A stretch of 64,000 nt of DNA. It comes from Mobula hypostoma. Taxonomy: Eukaryota. Position 1 is the first letter of the stretch. Each line of letters starts with the position of its first letter. The stretch covers positions 107,324,001 to 107,388,000 of the forward strand of contig NC_086108.1 of assembly GCF_963921235.1 (NCBI RefSeq), in the 5' to 3' direction. This document shows, one piece after another, positions 39,934 through 52,350 of the stretch. A program made the position numbers and the translations under genes. Below the pieces are notes generated by a model, which saw only the letters and a list, made by a program, of their open reading frames with translations, made no database searches and was not told the origin of the DNA.

Positions 39934-40110
39934 AAACACAAAATAATCTGCAGATGCTGGGGTCAAAGCAACACTCACAACATACTGGAGGAACTCAGCA
40001 GGTCGGGCAGCATTCGTGGAAAAAGATCGGTCGACGTTCCGGCCCGAAATGTCAGTCGATCTTTTTCCACGGATGCTGCCCGACCTGCTGAGTTCCTCCA
40101 GCGTGTTGTG
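39934..40110. mobile_element. Foldback Penelope mini-insertion, 13-bp TSD
   Basis: Inverted arms around 40045; AATGATCGATGCT 39921-39933 and AATGATGGATGCT 40111-40123. Confidence 0.85.
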
Positions 40111-40384
40111 AATGATGGATGCTGCCTTTCTGAGGCATCACCATTTGGTGATATCCAAGATGCCCAGAGTGGAAATGACTAATACCAGGAGTGTAATATT
40201 AAGGTGATTGGAGGAAAGTATAGGGGGGATGTCAGAGTTACATTTTTTACACAGAGGGTGGTGGGTGTGTGGAACACACTGCCAGGGATGGTGGTAGAAG
40301 CAGATACATTAGGGGCATTTCCAAAACTCTTTGATAGGCACATAGATGAGAGAACAATGGATGGTTCTTTAGACTAGATTGATT

Positions 40385-41750
40385 TTGAATTGAATTTAAT
40401 TGAATTAATTTTATTTCCTACATTCTTCACAAACATGAGGAGTAAAAATCTTTACATTACATCTCCATCTAAATGTACAATGTGCAATCATAGTAATTTA
40501 TAATAATTTATAGTAAATAGAATAGTCAATGTAATGTAGTGTACACTCAAATCAGCCTGAGTTAATCAGTCTGATGGCCTGGTGGAGGAAGCTGTCCCGT
40601 AGTCTGTTGGTCCTGGCTTTTATGCTGTGGTACCATTTCCTGGATGGTAGCAGCTGGAATAGATTGTGGTTGGGATGGCTTGCTACCCAATGATCCTTTG
40701 GGCCCTTTTATCACATCTGTCTTTGTAAATGTCCTGAATCATGGGAAGTTTACAACTACGGATGTGCTGCTCTGTCCACACCACTCTCTGCAGTGTCCTG
40801 CGGTTAAGGGAGGTACAGTTCCCATACCAGGCAGTGATACAGCCAGCCAGGATGCTCTCAATTGTGCCCCTGTAGAAAGTTCTTAGGATTTCGGGGCTCA
40901 TACCAAACTGCTTCAACCATCTGAGGTGAAAGAGGCGCTGTTGTGTCTTTTTCACTACACAGCTGGTGTGTACAGGCACGTGAGGCCTTCGGTAATGTGG
41001 ATGCTGAGGAACTTAAAGCTGTTCACCCTCTCAGCCTCAATTCCATTGATGTCAATAGGGGTTAGCCCATCTCCATTCCTCCTGTAATCCACAGCCTGCT
41101 CCTTTGTTTTTGCGATATTGAGGGGGAGGCTGTTTTCTTGACACCACTGTGTCAGAGAGATGACTTCTTCTCTGTAGGCCACCTCGTTATTGTTTGAGAT
41201 AAGGCTAATCAATGTAGTGTCATCGGCAAACTTAATTAGCAGCTTAGAGCTGTGGGTGGAGACACAGCCATGGGTATACAGGGAGTAAAGGAGGGGACTT
41301 AGTACATAGCCCTGAAGGGCTCCTGTATTGCGAGTCAGAGAGGTAGGGGTGAGGGAACCCACTCTTACCACCTGCCGGCGATCTGACAGGAAGTCCAGGA
41401 TCCAACTGCACAAGGCAGGGTCAAGGCTGAAGTCTCTGAACTTCCTCTCAAGCCTAGATGGAATTATGGTGTTAAATGCTGAACTGTAGTCCAAGAAAAG
41501 CATTCTCACATAAGCATCCTTCTTCTCCAGAAGTGTAAGGACGGTATGTAGAGCAGTGGCTATTGCGCCTTTTGTCAATCGGTTGTGTTGGTAGGCGAAT
41601 TCTAGAGGGTCCAGTGTGTGTGTTAGCAAGCTGCAGATGTAATCCTTGATTAGCCTCTCAAAGCATTTGCTTATTATTGAGGTGAGTACGACAGGACACC
41701 AGTCGTTCAGGCGTGTTATCTGGGTCTTTTTTGGTACAGGGACAAGGGTG
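40385..41750 (-). mobile_element. Rex1/Babar-type LINE reverse transcriptase and C-terminus
   Basis: ORF 40955..41836: [58 protein letters not shown]; frameshifted continuation 40683..40979. Confidence 0.93.
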
Positions 41751-42726
41751 GATAAAGGGATCTTGGATTTGGTTAAGAGATTGGAAGAGTATTGTGGGCC
41801 AGTGAGTCTGTACTGTGTTTGATGTTTGCTGTTCAATTCAATAAGATCTCATTTCCTTCCGATACCTGTTCCTTCCGTTGCAGATTAAGGAGCTGATGAT
41901 CATTGCCTTGAATATATTCAATGACATTTCATCTACAGCTCCCTGTTTTTAACAAAAGTACATGTATTACTAATTATGTTCTACAATACCACAACAAACA
42001 CAGAGACAATAGCAGTCAGTAACACAATCACTAACATGAACTGAATTAAAATGTTCCCATCCCTGTGAAGGAAGGCATTTGTCCCTTGCCATGTTCAAAA
42101 GTCCTGGAACAGATTCATGCTATTTGTGGACACCGCGTGTCCCCTCTCCATGGTTACCCAGGCATGAACATATATGCGGAGCATTGCCAGTCTGTCTGCT
42201 GGGTAGAATCTACAGCTTTGTGGAAGTGGAGAATTCCACAGAACTCTTAAGAGAAAAATTCCTCACATCGAATGAAATGTAGACTCTTATCTGAAAATGT
42301 GTCTTCTACTGTTGATCTGGATGACACTTGTAAGAGCATCCTCTCAGTTCCCACCATATCAATCCATCTATCTACATCTTGGAGACACAAGAGGCTACAG
42401 GTGCTGGAATACAGAACCTAGAGCACAAAACATTACAGCACAGTACAGGCCTTTCTGCCCACCATGTTGTGCCAACATTTTAACTACACTCCAAGGCCCT
42501 TCGTTGCCAGGGGTAGACTATGGATGTTGCATCCTAGCTGTTTACATGATACGCAAGCCAGGGCAGTGGATATGGAGAACAATTTGTTACCCATGCAGCA
42601 GGCTGCCCCTCTCCACGCAGATGATGTATCTAAAAGAACAGCAGGGACCGATACAGTTTGGTACCAGCGGTGTCACGGGAGTTGCCAGTCAGCATTGAAC
42701 TCAACATAGGACTGCCTCAGGGACTT

Positions 42727-43085
42727 ACTTATATACACACATTCTTTCTCTCTCTCTCCTTTTTCTCCCTCTGTCCCTCTCACTATACCCCTTGCCCATC
42801 CTCTGGGTTTTTCCCCCCTCCCCCTTTTCCTTCTCCCTGGGCCTCCTGTCCCATGATCCTCTCATATCCCTTTTGCCAATCGCCTGTCCAGCTCTTGGCT
42901 CCATCCCTCCCCCTCCTGTCTTCTCCTATCATTTTGGATCTCCCCCTCCCCCTTTCAAATCTCTTACTAGCTCTTTCTTCAGTTAGTCCTGACGAAGGGT
43001 CTCGGCCCGAAACGTCGACTGTACCTCTTCCTAGAGATGCTGCCTGGCCTGCTGCGTTCACCAGCAACTTTGATGTGCGTTGCTT
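42727..43085 (+). mobile_element. Young Penelope-like terminal repeat inserted in family B repeat
   Basis: Near identical to 22530-22890 and 52000-52350. Confidence 0.88.
42985..43020 (+). ncRNA. Minimal type-I hammerhead ribozyme motif (best preserved copy)
   Basis: AGTC-CTGACGA-A-GGGT-CTCG-GCCC-GAAAC-GTC-GACT; predicted cleavage after GUC at 43016. Confidence 0.82.
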
Positions 43086-43789
43086 GGGCTTCTCCTTGGG
43101 GTTTACTGTCTGAGCCTCCCCCGTGAGAGGGTATAGTTGCAAGGCAGTGGAGGATTGAGATCAGAGTTTTCCTTCCCTTAGTTGAGCTGCCAACCACAGC
43201 TAACGAGCGTGGACTTGGTTGTCAGAGGCAATTTGAGATACACACTACCGAGAGCATTTAATAGGTAGTGGGTCCTTAATCCCCCCACAACCTCCACCCC
43301 CCCCCCCACTCCCCTCAGCTATGAAAATCTTAAGGAACTTAACCTACACTAAGGTCAACCCAACCAGCCCTCCATTTCATATCACCCCCTCGCCTATCTA
43401 AGAGTTTCATAAATGCCTCCATTTCTCCCTCTACCACCACCCCTAGGCACTTGATGATCTCACCATTCTCTGTGTAAGAACTTCTCTCTGACATCCCTGT
43501 AACTTTCCAACAATCACCTTAAAATGATGCCCCCTCATGTTACACATTTCTGCCCTGAGGAAATGTCTTTGGTTGTCCACTTAATCTATGCCTGTTGTCA
43601 TCTTGCAGACATCTATTAAGGATCCTCTCATCCTCCTTCACTCCAAAGAGAAAGGCCACTAGCGCACTCAACTTATCCTCATAAGAAATTTTCTCTAATC
43701 CAGGCAGCATCTGCACCCTCTCCAAGGCTTCCACATCCTTCCTAGAATGAGGCGCCCAGAACTGAGCACAATATTCCTAGTATGTTCTA

Positions 43790-44990
43790 ATCTGGGTCAT
43801 CAAGTTCGCCGATGACACGACCGCAGTGGGTCTCATCAGCAAGAACGATGAGTCAGCATACAGAGAGAAGGTGCAGCGGCTAACGGACTGGTACAGAGCC
43901 AACAACCTGTCTCTGAATGTGAACAAAACAAAAGAGATGGTTGTTGACTTCAGGAGAGCACGGAGCGACCACTCTCCGCTGAACATTGATGGCTCCTCCG
44001 TAGAGATCGATAAGAGCACCAAATTTCTTGGTGTTCACCTGGTCCCTCAACACCAGCTCCATAGCCAAGAAAGCCCAGCAGCATCTCTACTTTCTGCAAA
44101 GGCTGAGAAAAGTCCATCTCCCACTCCCCATCCTCACCACAGTCTCCAGAGGATGTATCGAGAGCATCCTGAGCAGCTGCATCACTGCCCTTTTCGGGAA
44201 TTGCACCGTCTCGGATCGCAAGACCCTGCAGCAGATAGTGAGGTCAGCTGAGAAGATAATTGGGGTCTCTCTTCCCACTATCGCAGATATTTACAGCACA
44301 CGCTGCACCTGCAAAGCAAACAGCATTATGAAGGACCCCACGCACCCCTCATACAAACTCTTCTCTCTCCTGCCATCTGGCAAAAGGCACCGAAGTATTC
44401 AGGCTCTCACTACCAGACTGTGCAACAGTTTCTTCCCCCAAGTCATCAGACTCCTCGATACTCAGAGTCTAGACTGACATCTACATCATTTATTATTATA
44501 TTGTAATTTGTCCTCTAGTGTGCCTATTGTCTAGTTTATTAATTATTGTACTGCCCTGCACTGTTTTGTGCACTTTATGTAGTCCTGTGCAGGTCTGTAG
44601 TCTAGTGTAGTTTTTAAAAATGCAAACACAAGGAAATCTTCAGATGCTGGAAATTCAAGCAACACACACAAAATGCTGGTGGAACGCAGCAGACCAGGCA
44701 GCATCTATAGGAAGAGGAACAGTCGAAGTCTCCGCCTGAAATGTCAACTGTGCCTCTTCGTATAGATGCGATCTGGCCTGATGCGTTCCACCAGCATTTT
44801 GTCAGTGCAGTTTTTATGTTGTTTTACGTAGTCTAGTGTAGCCTTGTGCTGTTTCACATAGTCTAGTGTAGTTTTGTGTTGTTTCATGTAGCACTAGGGT
44901 CCTGGCGGAACGTTGCTTCATTTTTATTGTGTACTGTACCAGCAGCTTATGGTCGAAATGACAATAAACTTGACTTGACTTGACTTGACC
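43790..44990 (+). mobile_element. Rex1/Babar-type LINE 3' half with (ACTTG)n tail; foldback Penelope nested at 44617-44803
   Basis: VIKFADDTT at ~43800; ORFs 43826..44251 and 44028..44477 ([30 protein letters not shown]). Confidence 0.9.
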
Positions 44991-45984
44991 TATAGAGCTC
45001 CAATATTACCTCGCAGTCCTCAGACTCAATCCCCCGACTAATGAAGACTATACACCTCCTGAACCACCCTATCAACTTGTGTGGCAACTTTGAGGAATCT
45101 GTGGATGTGGCCCCCAAGATCCCCCTGTTCCTCCACACTACTATGAATCCTGCCATTAGCCCTGTATTCTGCTTCAAATTTGACCTTCCAAGATGAATTA
45201 CTTCACGCTTCTATTTAACTCTATTTGCTATCTCTCAGCCCAGCTCTGCATCCTGTCAATATCTTGTTGAATCTGGGGTGACAGGTCAGATGCTGGAGGA
45301 TCAGGCAGTATCTGTGGGTGGAAACAGACAGTTGACATTTTGTGCAGGGGCCCTTCGTATGGCTAGAAAGGTATAAAGAACTGTAGCAAGAGCTGGCAGG
45401 TGATAGGTGATCCAGTTGAAGGGGATGACAGGCTGATAGAGGAGAGGGGAATGGGAATAGCACCACATCCAATGACTAAATAGGTAAACTGTGAAGCTGT
45501 ATAAATTTTCCATTCTCACTGTGAAGAGTGCAGCTCCAGCAGTATGGTGTCTTTCTCTGCTGTAGAGGATTGTCAGCAGATTTTGTGTACCTGGCTCTGA
45601 AAGGGAACATTAACCTGTGACCTTAATTACAAGTGAGAAGACTACATCTGAGCACTGAGGAAACTTAAATTCAAAGATTAAGTAACTCTGAGATAGTTAA
45701 AAAAAGATATAGTCACTAAAACCAGTCTGGTTGACTAATACTTCTCAGAATCAGGTTTATTGTCACTGCTATTATCAGTTATTATATGATCAGGAACTCA
45801 GCCACCGTTACCTGACCCGGCCTATAGTAGTAGACCTATCACTTGAGTCGAGTATGATGTTTTCCTAAAGGGCTGTCAATTGGTGGGACCTCAGTTGGTT
45901 GTAGAAGCCAACAAGAGGGTTTCCAAACCTCACAATATTGTCCCCTTTACCACTTGTTGGTCATTACAGGACTTAATCCAGGAT

Positions 45985-47195
45985 TTAAGGGTGGATTCCC
46001 TTAAAGGCTTACGAGCATGGATAGAGTATTCTCTGAATAGCAGGAAGCTAAGAGTGGGAATAAAGGGAGTCTTTTCTAACTGGCTGCCAGTAATTAGTGG
46101 TGTTCCACAAGGGTCGGAGTTGGGCCTGATTCTTTTTATGTTATATGTCAATGACTTGGATGAAGGAATTGATGGCCTTGTTGCAAGGTTCACAGACAAT
46201 ATGAAGGTAGGTGGAGGGGCAGGTAGTGTTGAGGAAGCAGAGAGGCTGCAGTAGGACAGACAGATTAGGAGAATGGGCAAAGAAGTGACAGATGGAATAC
46301 ATTGTCAAGAAGTGTATGGTCATGTACATTGGTAGAAGGAACAAAGGCGTAGAGTATTTTCTAAAAGGAGAGAAGATTCAAAAAATCCGAGGTGCAAAGG
46401 GACTTGGAAATCCTCTGGCAACACACATAAAAGTTGCTGGTGAACGCAGCAGGCCAGGCAGCATCTCTAGGAAGATGCTGGCCTGCTGCGTTCACCAGCA
46501 ACTTTTATGTGTGTTGCTTGAATTTCCAGCATCTGCAGAATTCCTGTTGTTTTTTTGGAAATCCTCTTGCAGGATTCCCTAAAGGTTATCTTTCAGGTGA
46601 GTTGGGGATGAGGAAGGCAAATGCAATGTTGGCATTCATTTTGAGAGGACTGCAATACAAAACAATGACGTAATGTTGAGGCTTTATAAAGCACAGGGGA
46701 GTATTGTGAGCAGTTTTGGGCCCCCATATCTAAGAAAGGTTGCGCTGATATTGGAGAGGGTTCAAAGGAGGTTTACAAAAATGATTCCAGGAAGGAAAGA
46801 CTTATCATATGAGGAGCCTTTGATGGCTCCAGGTCTGTACTCACTGCTATTTGGAAGAATAAGGTGGTGATCTCATTGACGCCTATCAAATATTGAAAGG
46901 CTTAGACAAAGTGGGTGTGGAAAAGGTGTTTCCTAAAGTGGGGGAGTCTAGGACCAGTGGGCAAAATCTCAGAATATAGGGACATCCATTTAGAATGGAG
47001 ATGAAGAAGAGTTTCTTCAGCCAAAGAGTGGTGAATCTGTGGAATTTGTTGCCACAGGCCAGGTCTTTTGATGTATCTAAGACAGAGGTTGATTAATTCT
47101 TGATAAGTCAGAGCATGAGAAGGAAATGGAGGAGCAGACACAATGGACCAATTTGCTTAATTCTGCTCCTATGTCTTATCGTCTATGGTCTTATG
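45985..47195 (+). mobile_element. CR1 LINE RT to 3' end; foldback Penelope nested at 46417-46554
   Basis: VISGVPQGSELGLILFMLYVNDLD (45880..46254), LERVQRRFTKMIPG (46673..46870), TGGTCTTA tail. Confidence 0.9.
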
Positions 47196-47749
47196 GCCTG
47201 TGCATGATTTGCTTAACATGGGGAGGCTGATGCATGGGCAGCCACCAAATGGAACTTGACAGATCAGGGCCAGGGTCCAGTGCCATGCAGTGCAAGAAGG
47301 CTGGGGACCCTTCACTGCTATAGCCTTCTTCCGCCTTCACTGCCGTAGTGATGTGTCATCATCTTCCACCAGCTCCACTATTGAGGTCTCAGCTGGATCG
47401 CTCTTTATCTGAAACCTCCCCTTTGACCTTAACACCATGAGTGACCCTACCAGGAGCTAAGCACTAGATGGCTAAGCTCCAGACTTCATTATTCTTGGGA
47501 TCATAGGAACTCCCAAGCCTTTTGACCACTGACAAGGTAACGATCCTTGCAGAAGAACTCAGCCTATACCTGAATCCAGACTCACAGGTGTGCTTCTCAT
47601 TCAATGGGCAATGGATTAAGTGTGGCATGGCTACTGAAAACACTAGGGTAGTGTGGAAGATACCATTTAGGTCACCAGAGGGTGCGTGTATGCTCGTTTG
47701 GGGATTTATTTGTGTGTGTGTGTGTGTGTGTGTGTGTGACTATGTGTAG

Positions 47750-48622
47750 CTTTCTGATGACTCTGCCATAGTTGGATGCATCAGCAAGGGAGATGAGGCT
47801 GAGTACAGGGCTACGGTAGGAAACTTAGTCACATGGTGTGAGCAAAATTATCTGCAGCTTAATGTGAAAAAGACTAGGGAGCTGGAGGTGGACCTGAGGA
47901 GGACTAAGGCAATGGTGACCCCTGTTTCCATCCAGGGGGTCAGTGTGGACATGGTGGAGGATTACAAGTACCTGGGGATACGAATTGACAATAAACTGGA
48001 CTGGTCAAAGAACACTGAGGCTGTCTACAAGAAGGGTCAGAGCTGTCTCTATTTCCTGAGGAGACTGAGGTCCTTTAACATCTGTCGGACGATGCTGAGG
48101 ATGTTCTACGAGTCTGTGGCCAGTGCTATCTTGTTTGCTGTTGTGTGCTGGGGCAGCAGGCTGAGGGGAGCAGACACCAACAGAATCAACAAACTCATTC
48201 GTAAGGCCAGTGATGTTGTGGGGATGGAACTGGACTCTCTCACAGTGGTGTCTGAAAAGAAGATGCTGTCCAAGTTGCATGCCATCTTGGACAATGTCTC
48301 CCATCCATTACATAATGTATTGGTTGGGCACAGGAGTACATTCAGCCAGAGACTCATTCCACCGAGATGCAACACTGTGTGTCATAGGAAGTCATTCCTG
48401 CCTGTGGCCCTCAAACTTTACAACTCCTCCCTTGGAGAGTCAGACACCCTGAGCCAATAGGCTGGTCCTGGACTTATTTCCATCTGGCATAATTTACATA
48501 TTACTATTTAATTATTTATGGTTTTATATTGCTATACTTATACTCTATTCTTGATTGGTGCAACTGTAACAAAACCCAATTTCCCTCGGGATCAATAAAG
48601 TATGACTATGACTATGACTATG
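47750..48622 (+). mobile_element. Rex1/Babar-type LINE 3' half
   Basis: FSDDSAIVG at 47750; ORF 47864..48460 [21 protein letters not shown]; (ATGACT)n tail. Confidence 0.92.
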
Positions 48623-48681
48623 AAAACCTGAGAATGAAAACCTAAGACACAATATGATCCACGACCCTCCGGAAGTCTTAA

Positions 48682-49545
48682 TAGTGCCCAGGGATGGGCA
48701 AGAACATTAAGAAATTTTGTTGCATATGTATTATTCGTGCCCAATATAACTCCAGTGGAGGAATAAAGGCGTGGCTGGCAAACCAGCCATGGCTGAAGGG
48801 ACACTTGGAGAAGGGAAATCCTAATGGACTTCACGGATTCTGCCAAAAAGCAGGGGGGAAGGCGACTGTTTGATTATCATGGATCACTTCACCCAGTAAG
48901 TAGAGGCTTTCCCAATGAGAGACTGTACTGCCAGCATAGCAGCACGGACGTTAGCTTGGGAAATCCTCCCCCGTGGAGTCCTAGGTGGACTCAGATCAGG
49001 GAGCACATTTCATAGGGAAAGTGATGAAGGAATGTGAAAGCTTTAAGGTATTCAACAATGGTTTAACATACCCTACCACTCTCAGAGCTCAGAAATGGTA
49101 GAAAGGATGAGCTGAACAATCAAACCTGCTTTAGCTAAAGCTATAACAGAGATGGGAAAGACATGGGTCGATGTATTGCCCAGAATCCTTATGAGATTGC
49201 AACCCAAAACCACACACTGGGTCTTAGCCCTTAGAATTGCTGACAGGGCAAGTCATGTGGCTCGCTTATGGAGTGACTATAGGTTGTGGCGAACCCGGAA
49301 ACTTTGCAAAGGACCCAGTATGTAAAGGACCTCTGTAACCCCTGTAAGTGTTGAGGAACCGAGCAAAAAAACAACAACACATCGCTCATCAGAGAGAGCC
49401 AGAGGGTGAGAAGATAATCCTCCCACAGTCATGGGAAGTCATGAAAAGGCAGCGCCCTCACCTAGTTGGACAGGAGCACAGGTGTGTTCGTGTACAGACC
49501 AGCTAGGCAGCCAGTGGAAACACTGGACTCAGGTTAAATTGTATG
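48682..49545 (+). pseudogene. Decayed retroviral-type DDE integrase (ERV-like)
   Basis: Across frameshifts: PGMGKNIKKFCCICIIRAQYN; MDFT; IMDHFTQ*VEAFP; DSDQGAHFIGKVMKE; IPYHSQSSEMVERMS*TIK; WVDVLPRILMRL; GLSP; WKHWTQVK. Confidence 0.85.
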
Positions 49546-50249
49546 ACTCACCTTTTTGTCCCCCCACAGTCAGAACTAAGGGTCAAGTCCACCAGCATCA
49601 TTGCTCAGAGATGAAGACCAACCTGCTGCATCACAGCTGCTGACACCCAATGGAAGTAGACCCACAAATGAAAGAGAATGGAAATGCAAATGAGGACGTC
49701 TGAGAGAGAGTGTGTCAGCAAACTGTGAATAAAGATTAAAGTTTAATGATAACTGTACTTTGTAATGAAGGCTGGTTCTTGGAGTAGATGTTTAGTTGTA
49801 TAGATTAGAATAGAAAGACATTGGGGAAAATAAATAGGAAGGGATCCAGATTAAGTTCCACAAGTTCCATCAAGTTCCACAACTTCGATAGTAAGACAGG
49901 CTGAGAAAGAGAGAAGAAATCACACACAGTATTGGAAAGCAGGAACCCCAGCTGAACGGGTGGGGAGTGAACACAAATAAGCTGGGCCCTTTCAGTGGTT
50001 GGGCCAGTGATCGAAAGGATATTCCGGGGTTGGGGGGAGGTGCTACTGGGGCAAAATCCTTGCAGCAATTTAAATAGAGAACCCCCCCAAACGCTCCTGT
50101 AGATCCATCAAAAGGACTCGATGTCCAAACCATTCTGATAACCTTCTGTCATGGCTTGGAATGTGAACCATTGTCTGTGAACCTGAAAGTTCATACAGAG
50201 TAACTACTGATAGTTTTAGCTATAAGCAAATGGAAGGGTGAAGAGGAAG

Positions 50250-51219
50250 TGATCACATTTCTGGAATGTTTTATTGTCATTCTGCTCGCTCTTGAAGATA
50301 GACAATGAAGGATGTTAGATCATGTACAGTAGATGTGGGTTAGCAATTGCAGAATTGCAGATGGGATCCAAAGTAAATGGCTCTTTCACTGCCCTGCTTA
50401 ATCCGAGCCTATTTAAGGTTTGGCCAGATTTCTGTCCAGCAGCCAAGTGGAGGGTATGTTCAAAAGTATCTTGGAGTTATCTGAATATAGTAGATATTAA
50501 TTCAAGCAAGGCACCATCTTGAGATCTTATTGTAAATGTAAATAAATCCAAGAAACTTGCAAATAGCCTTCAGTTTTTGTAACTTGCAAGCAGTAAATTA
50601 AAGTTAAACTAGCTCACAGACTAAGATTAAACATGCAAGAGCCAAATACTAAAGCAATAGGATTATATTAATTGGATTGCATCAAACCAGGCAATATGGC
50701 TAATTTATTTGCACCATTGTGACTTGAGTTCAAACTGGCAGATCAGACAGGTGTCATCACTTAACATATCAAACACGGTCACAGGTAGAGGTAATCAATA
50801 GTTTTTGTGTATTTATCATATTTGTGTACTCAGAGACAGCCCTGACAACATTAATTTTGGATGTCTGGCTCCTTAGGTCAAAAGATTATAGAATATTTGT
50901 CTTAATTAGCTTCTCCCAAAGGCACTTGAACCCTCAGCTGTGTCTTATCAATTGTAATGTGCTTCTACTATGTATCTCAAAGGAACCATTTGTTAACCCA
51001 AAATATTGAAGTAAACAATGTCATTGTAACCATTGAAATTGTATTAAATCACTGAATGTTAAATTTGATCTTAGGGGTATAAAAATGTGATTTACCTTTG
51101 AGTTTGTGAGACTCTACCAAAAATGTCTCTGGAAGCTGCCTGCTTGTAGTCATGAATAAAGACTTCTATATCACCAGCTTCAGTGTCTGTCCGGTCACAG
51201 TAGAATTCTCTATAAGGCA
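50250..51219 (+). mobile_element. Candidate 3' LTR of the ERV-like element
   Basis: Purine tract GGAAGGGTGAAGAGGAAG before TG at ~50250; TATAAAA at ~51078; AATAAA at ~51155 followed by U5-like segment. Alternative start at 50531; boundaries uncertain. Confidence 0.5.
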
Positions 51220-51759
51220 TAAGTCAGGCGGGTGATAGGATATTCCCTACCTCTCTAATGAACAGTTGACTGTTGACCGTGCTTTTCAGAATCACAATCA
51301 GGTTTGTTATCACTGATATATGCCAAGAAACGTTTTGTTTTGTGGCAGCAGTACAGAGCAAGACATAAAAATTACTATAAATTTCAATCAATCATCAATC
51401 AATAGTGTCAAAGAGATTTAGAGTTCATGTGTAACAAGCTAAAGGATAATACACTAAAGATCTGTTAAGTTTAAAAAGACAGTAAATTCATGGTCTGTAG
51501 TAAGATAAAAAGTATGCTGTGATAAGGTTAAAAAGATCATACGGTCATAAGCAATAATTTATAAGGTGTTTAAAAATTGTTTAAAAACAGTAAAAACATG
51601 CGATAAAAGGGGGCTCAAATGCTAAAAGGTATTTAATTCGCTTCTTTGTTTATTTCATTCTTTATTGTTAAAAGTTAAGCTCTAATAGTATTATCAGTGA
51701 TCTGCAGAGTAGCCTTGATCTGCTGGCGTGAAGTCAATTGCTTTTGTCTCCACCCATGT

Positions 51760-52350
51760 CAGAATAGGAATGGGATGGAAAGCAGGATCTCCCAGTGGCC
51801 ACACATTTTAATTCCACATCCCATTCCCATTCTGACATGTCTATCCACGGCCTCCTCTACTGTAAAGATGAAGCCACACTCAGGTTGGAGGAACAACACC
51901 TTATATTCCGTCTGGGTAGCCTCCAACCTGATGGCATGAACATCGACTTCTCTAACTTCCACTAATGCCCCACCTCCCCCTCGTACCCTATCTGTTACTT
52001 ATTTTTATACACACATTCTTTCTCTCACTCTCCTTTTTCTCCCTCTGTCCCTCTGAATATACCCCTTGCCCATCCTCTGGGTCCCCCCCTCCTTGTCTTT
52101 CTTCCCGGACCTCCTGTCCCATGATCCTCTCGTATCCCCTTTTGCCTATCACCTGTCCAGCTCTTGGCTCCATCCCTCCCCCTCCTGTCTTCTCCTATCA
52201 TTTTGCATCTCCCCCCCCCCCAGCTTTCAAATCCCTTACTAACTCTTCCTTCAGTTAGTCCTGACGAAGGGTCTCGGCCTGAAACGTCGACTGCACCTCT
52301 TCCTGGAGATGCTGCCTGGCCTGCTGCGTTCACCAGCAACTTTGATGTGT
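51760..52350 (+). mobile_element. Young Penelope-like 3' fragment
   Basis: HFNSTSHSHSDMSIHGLLYCKDEATLRLEEQHLIFRLGSLQPDGMNIDF followed by terminal repeat. Confidence 0.9.
52257..52292 (+). ncRNA. Minimal type-I hammerhead ribozyme motif
   Basis: AGTC-CTGACGA-A-GGGTCTCGGCCT-GAAAC-GTC-GACT; predicted cleavage after 52288. Confidence 0.78.

Noticed and set aside
40955..41836. Active reverse transcriptase gene
   Set aside because: 5'-truncated, no endonuclease, frameshift near 40970, altered motifs; ORF start lies in unrelated flank.
47864..48460. Host protein-coding gene of 198 aa
   Set aside because: Rex1/Babar LINE C-terminus, present in three copies in the window with a microsatellite tail.
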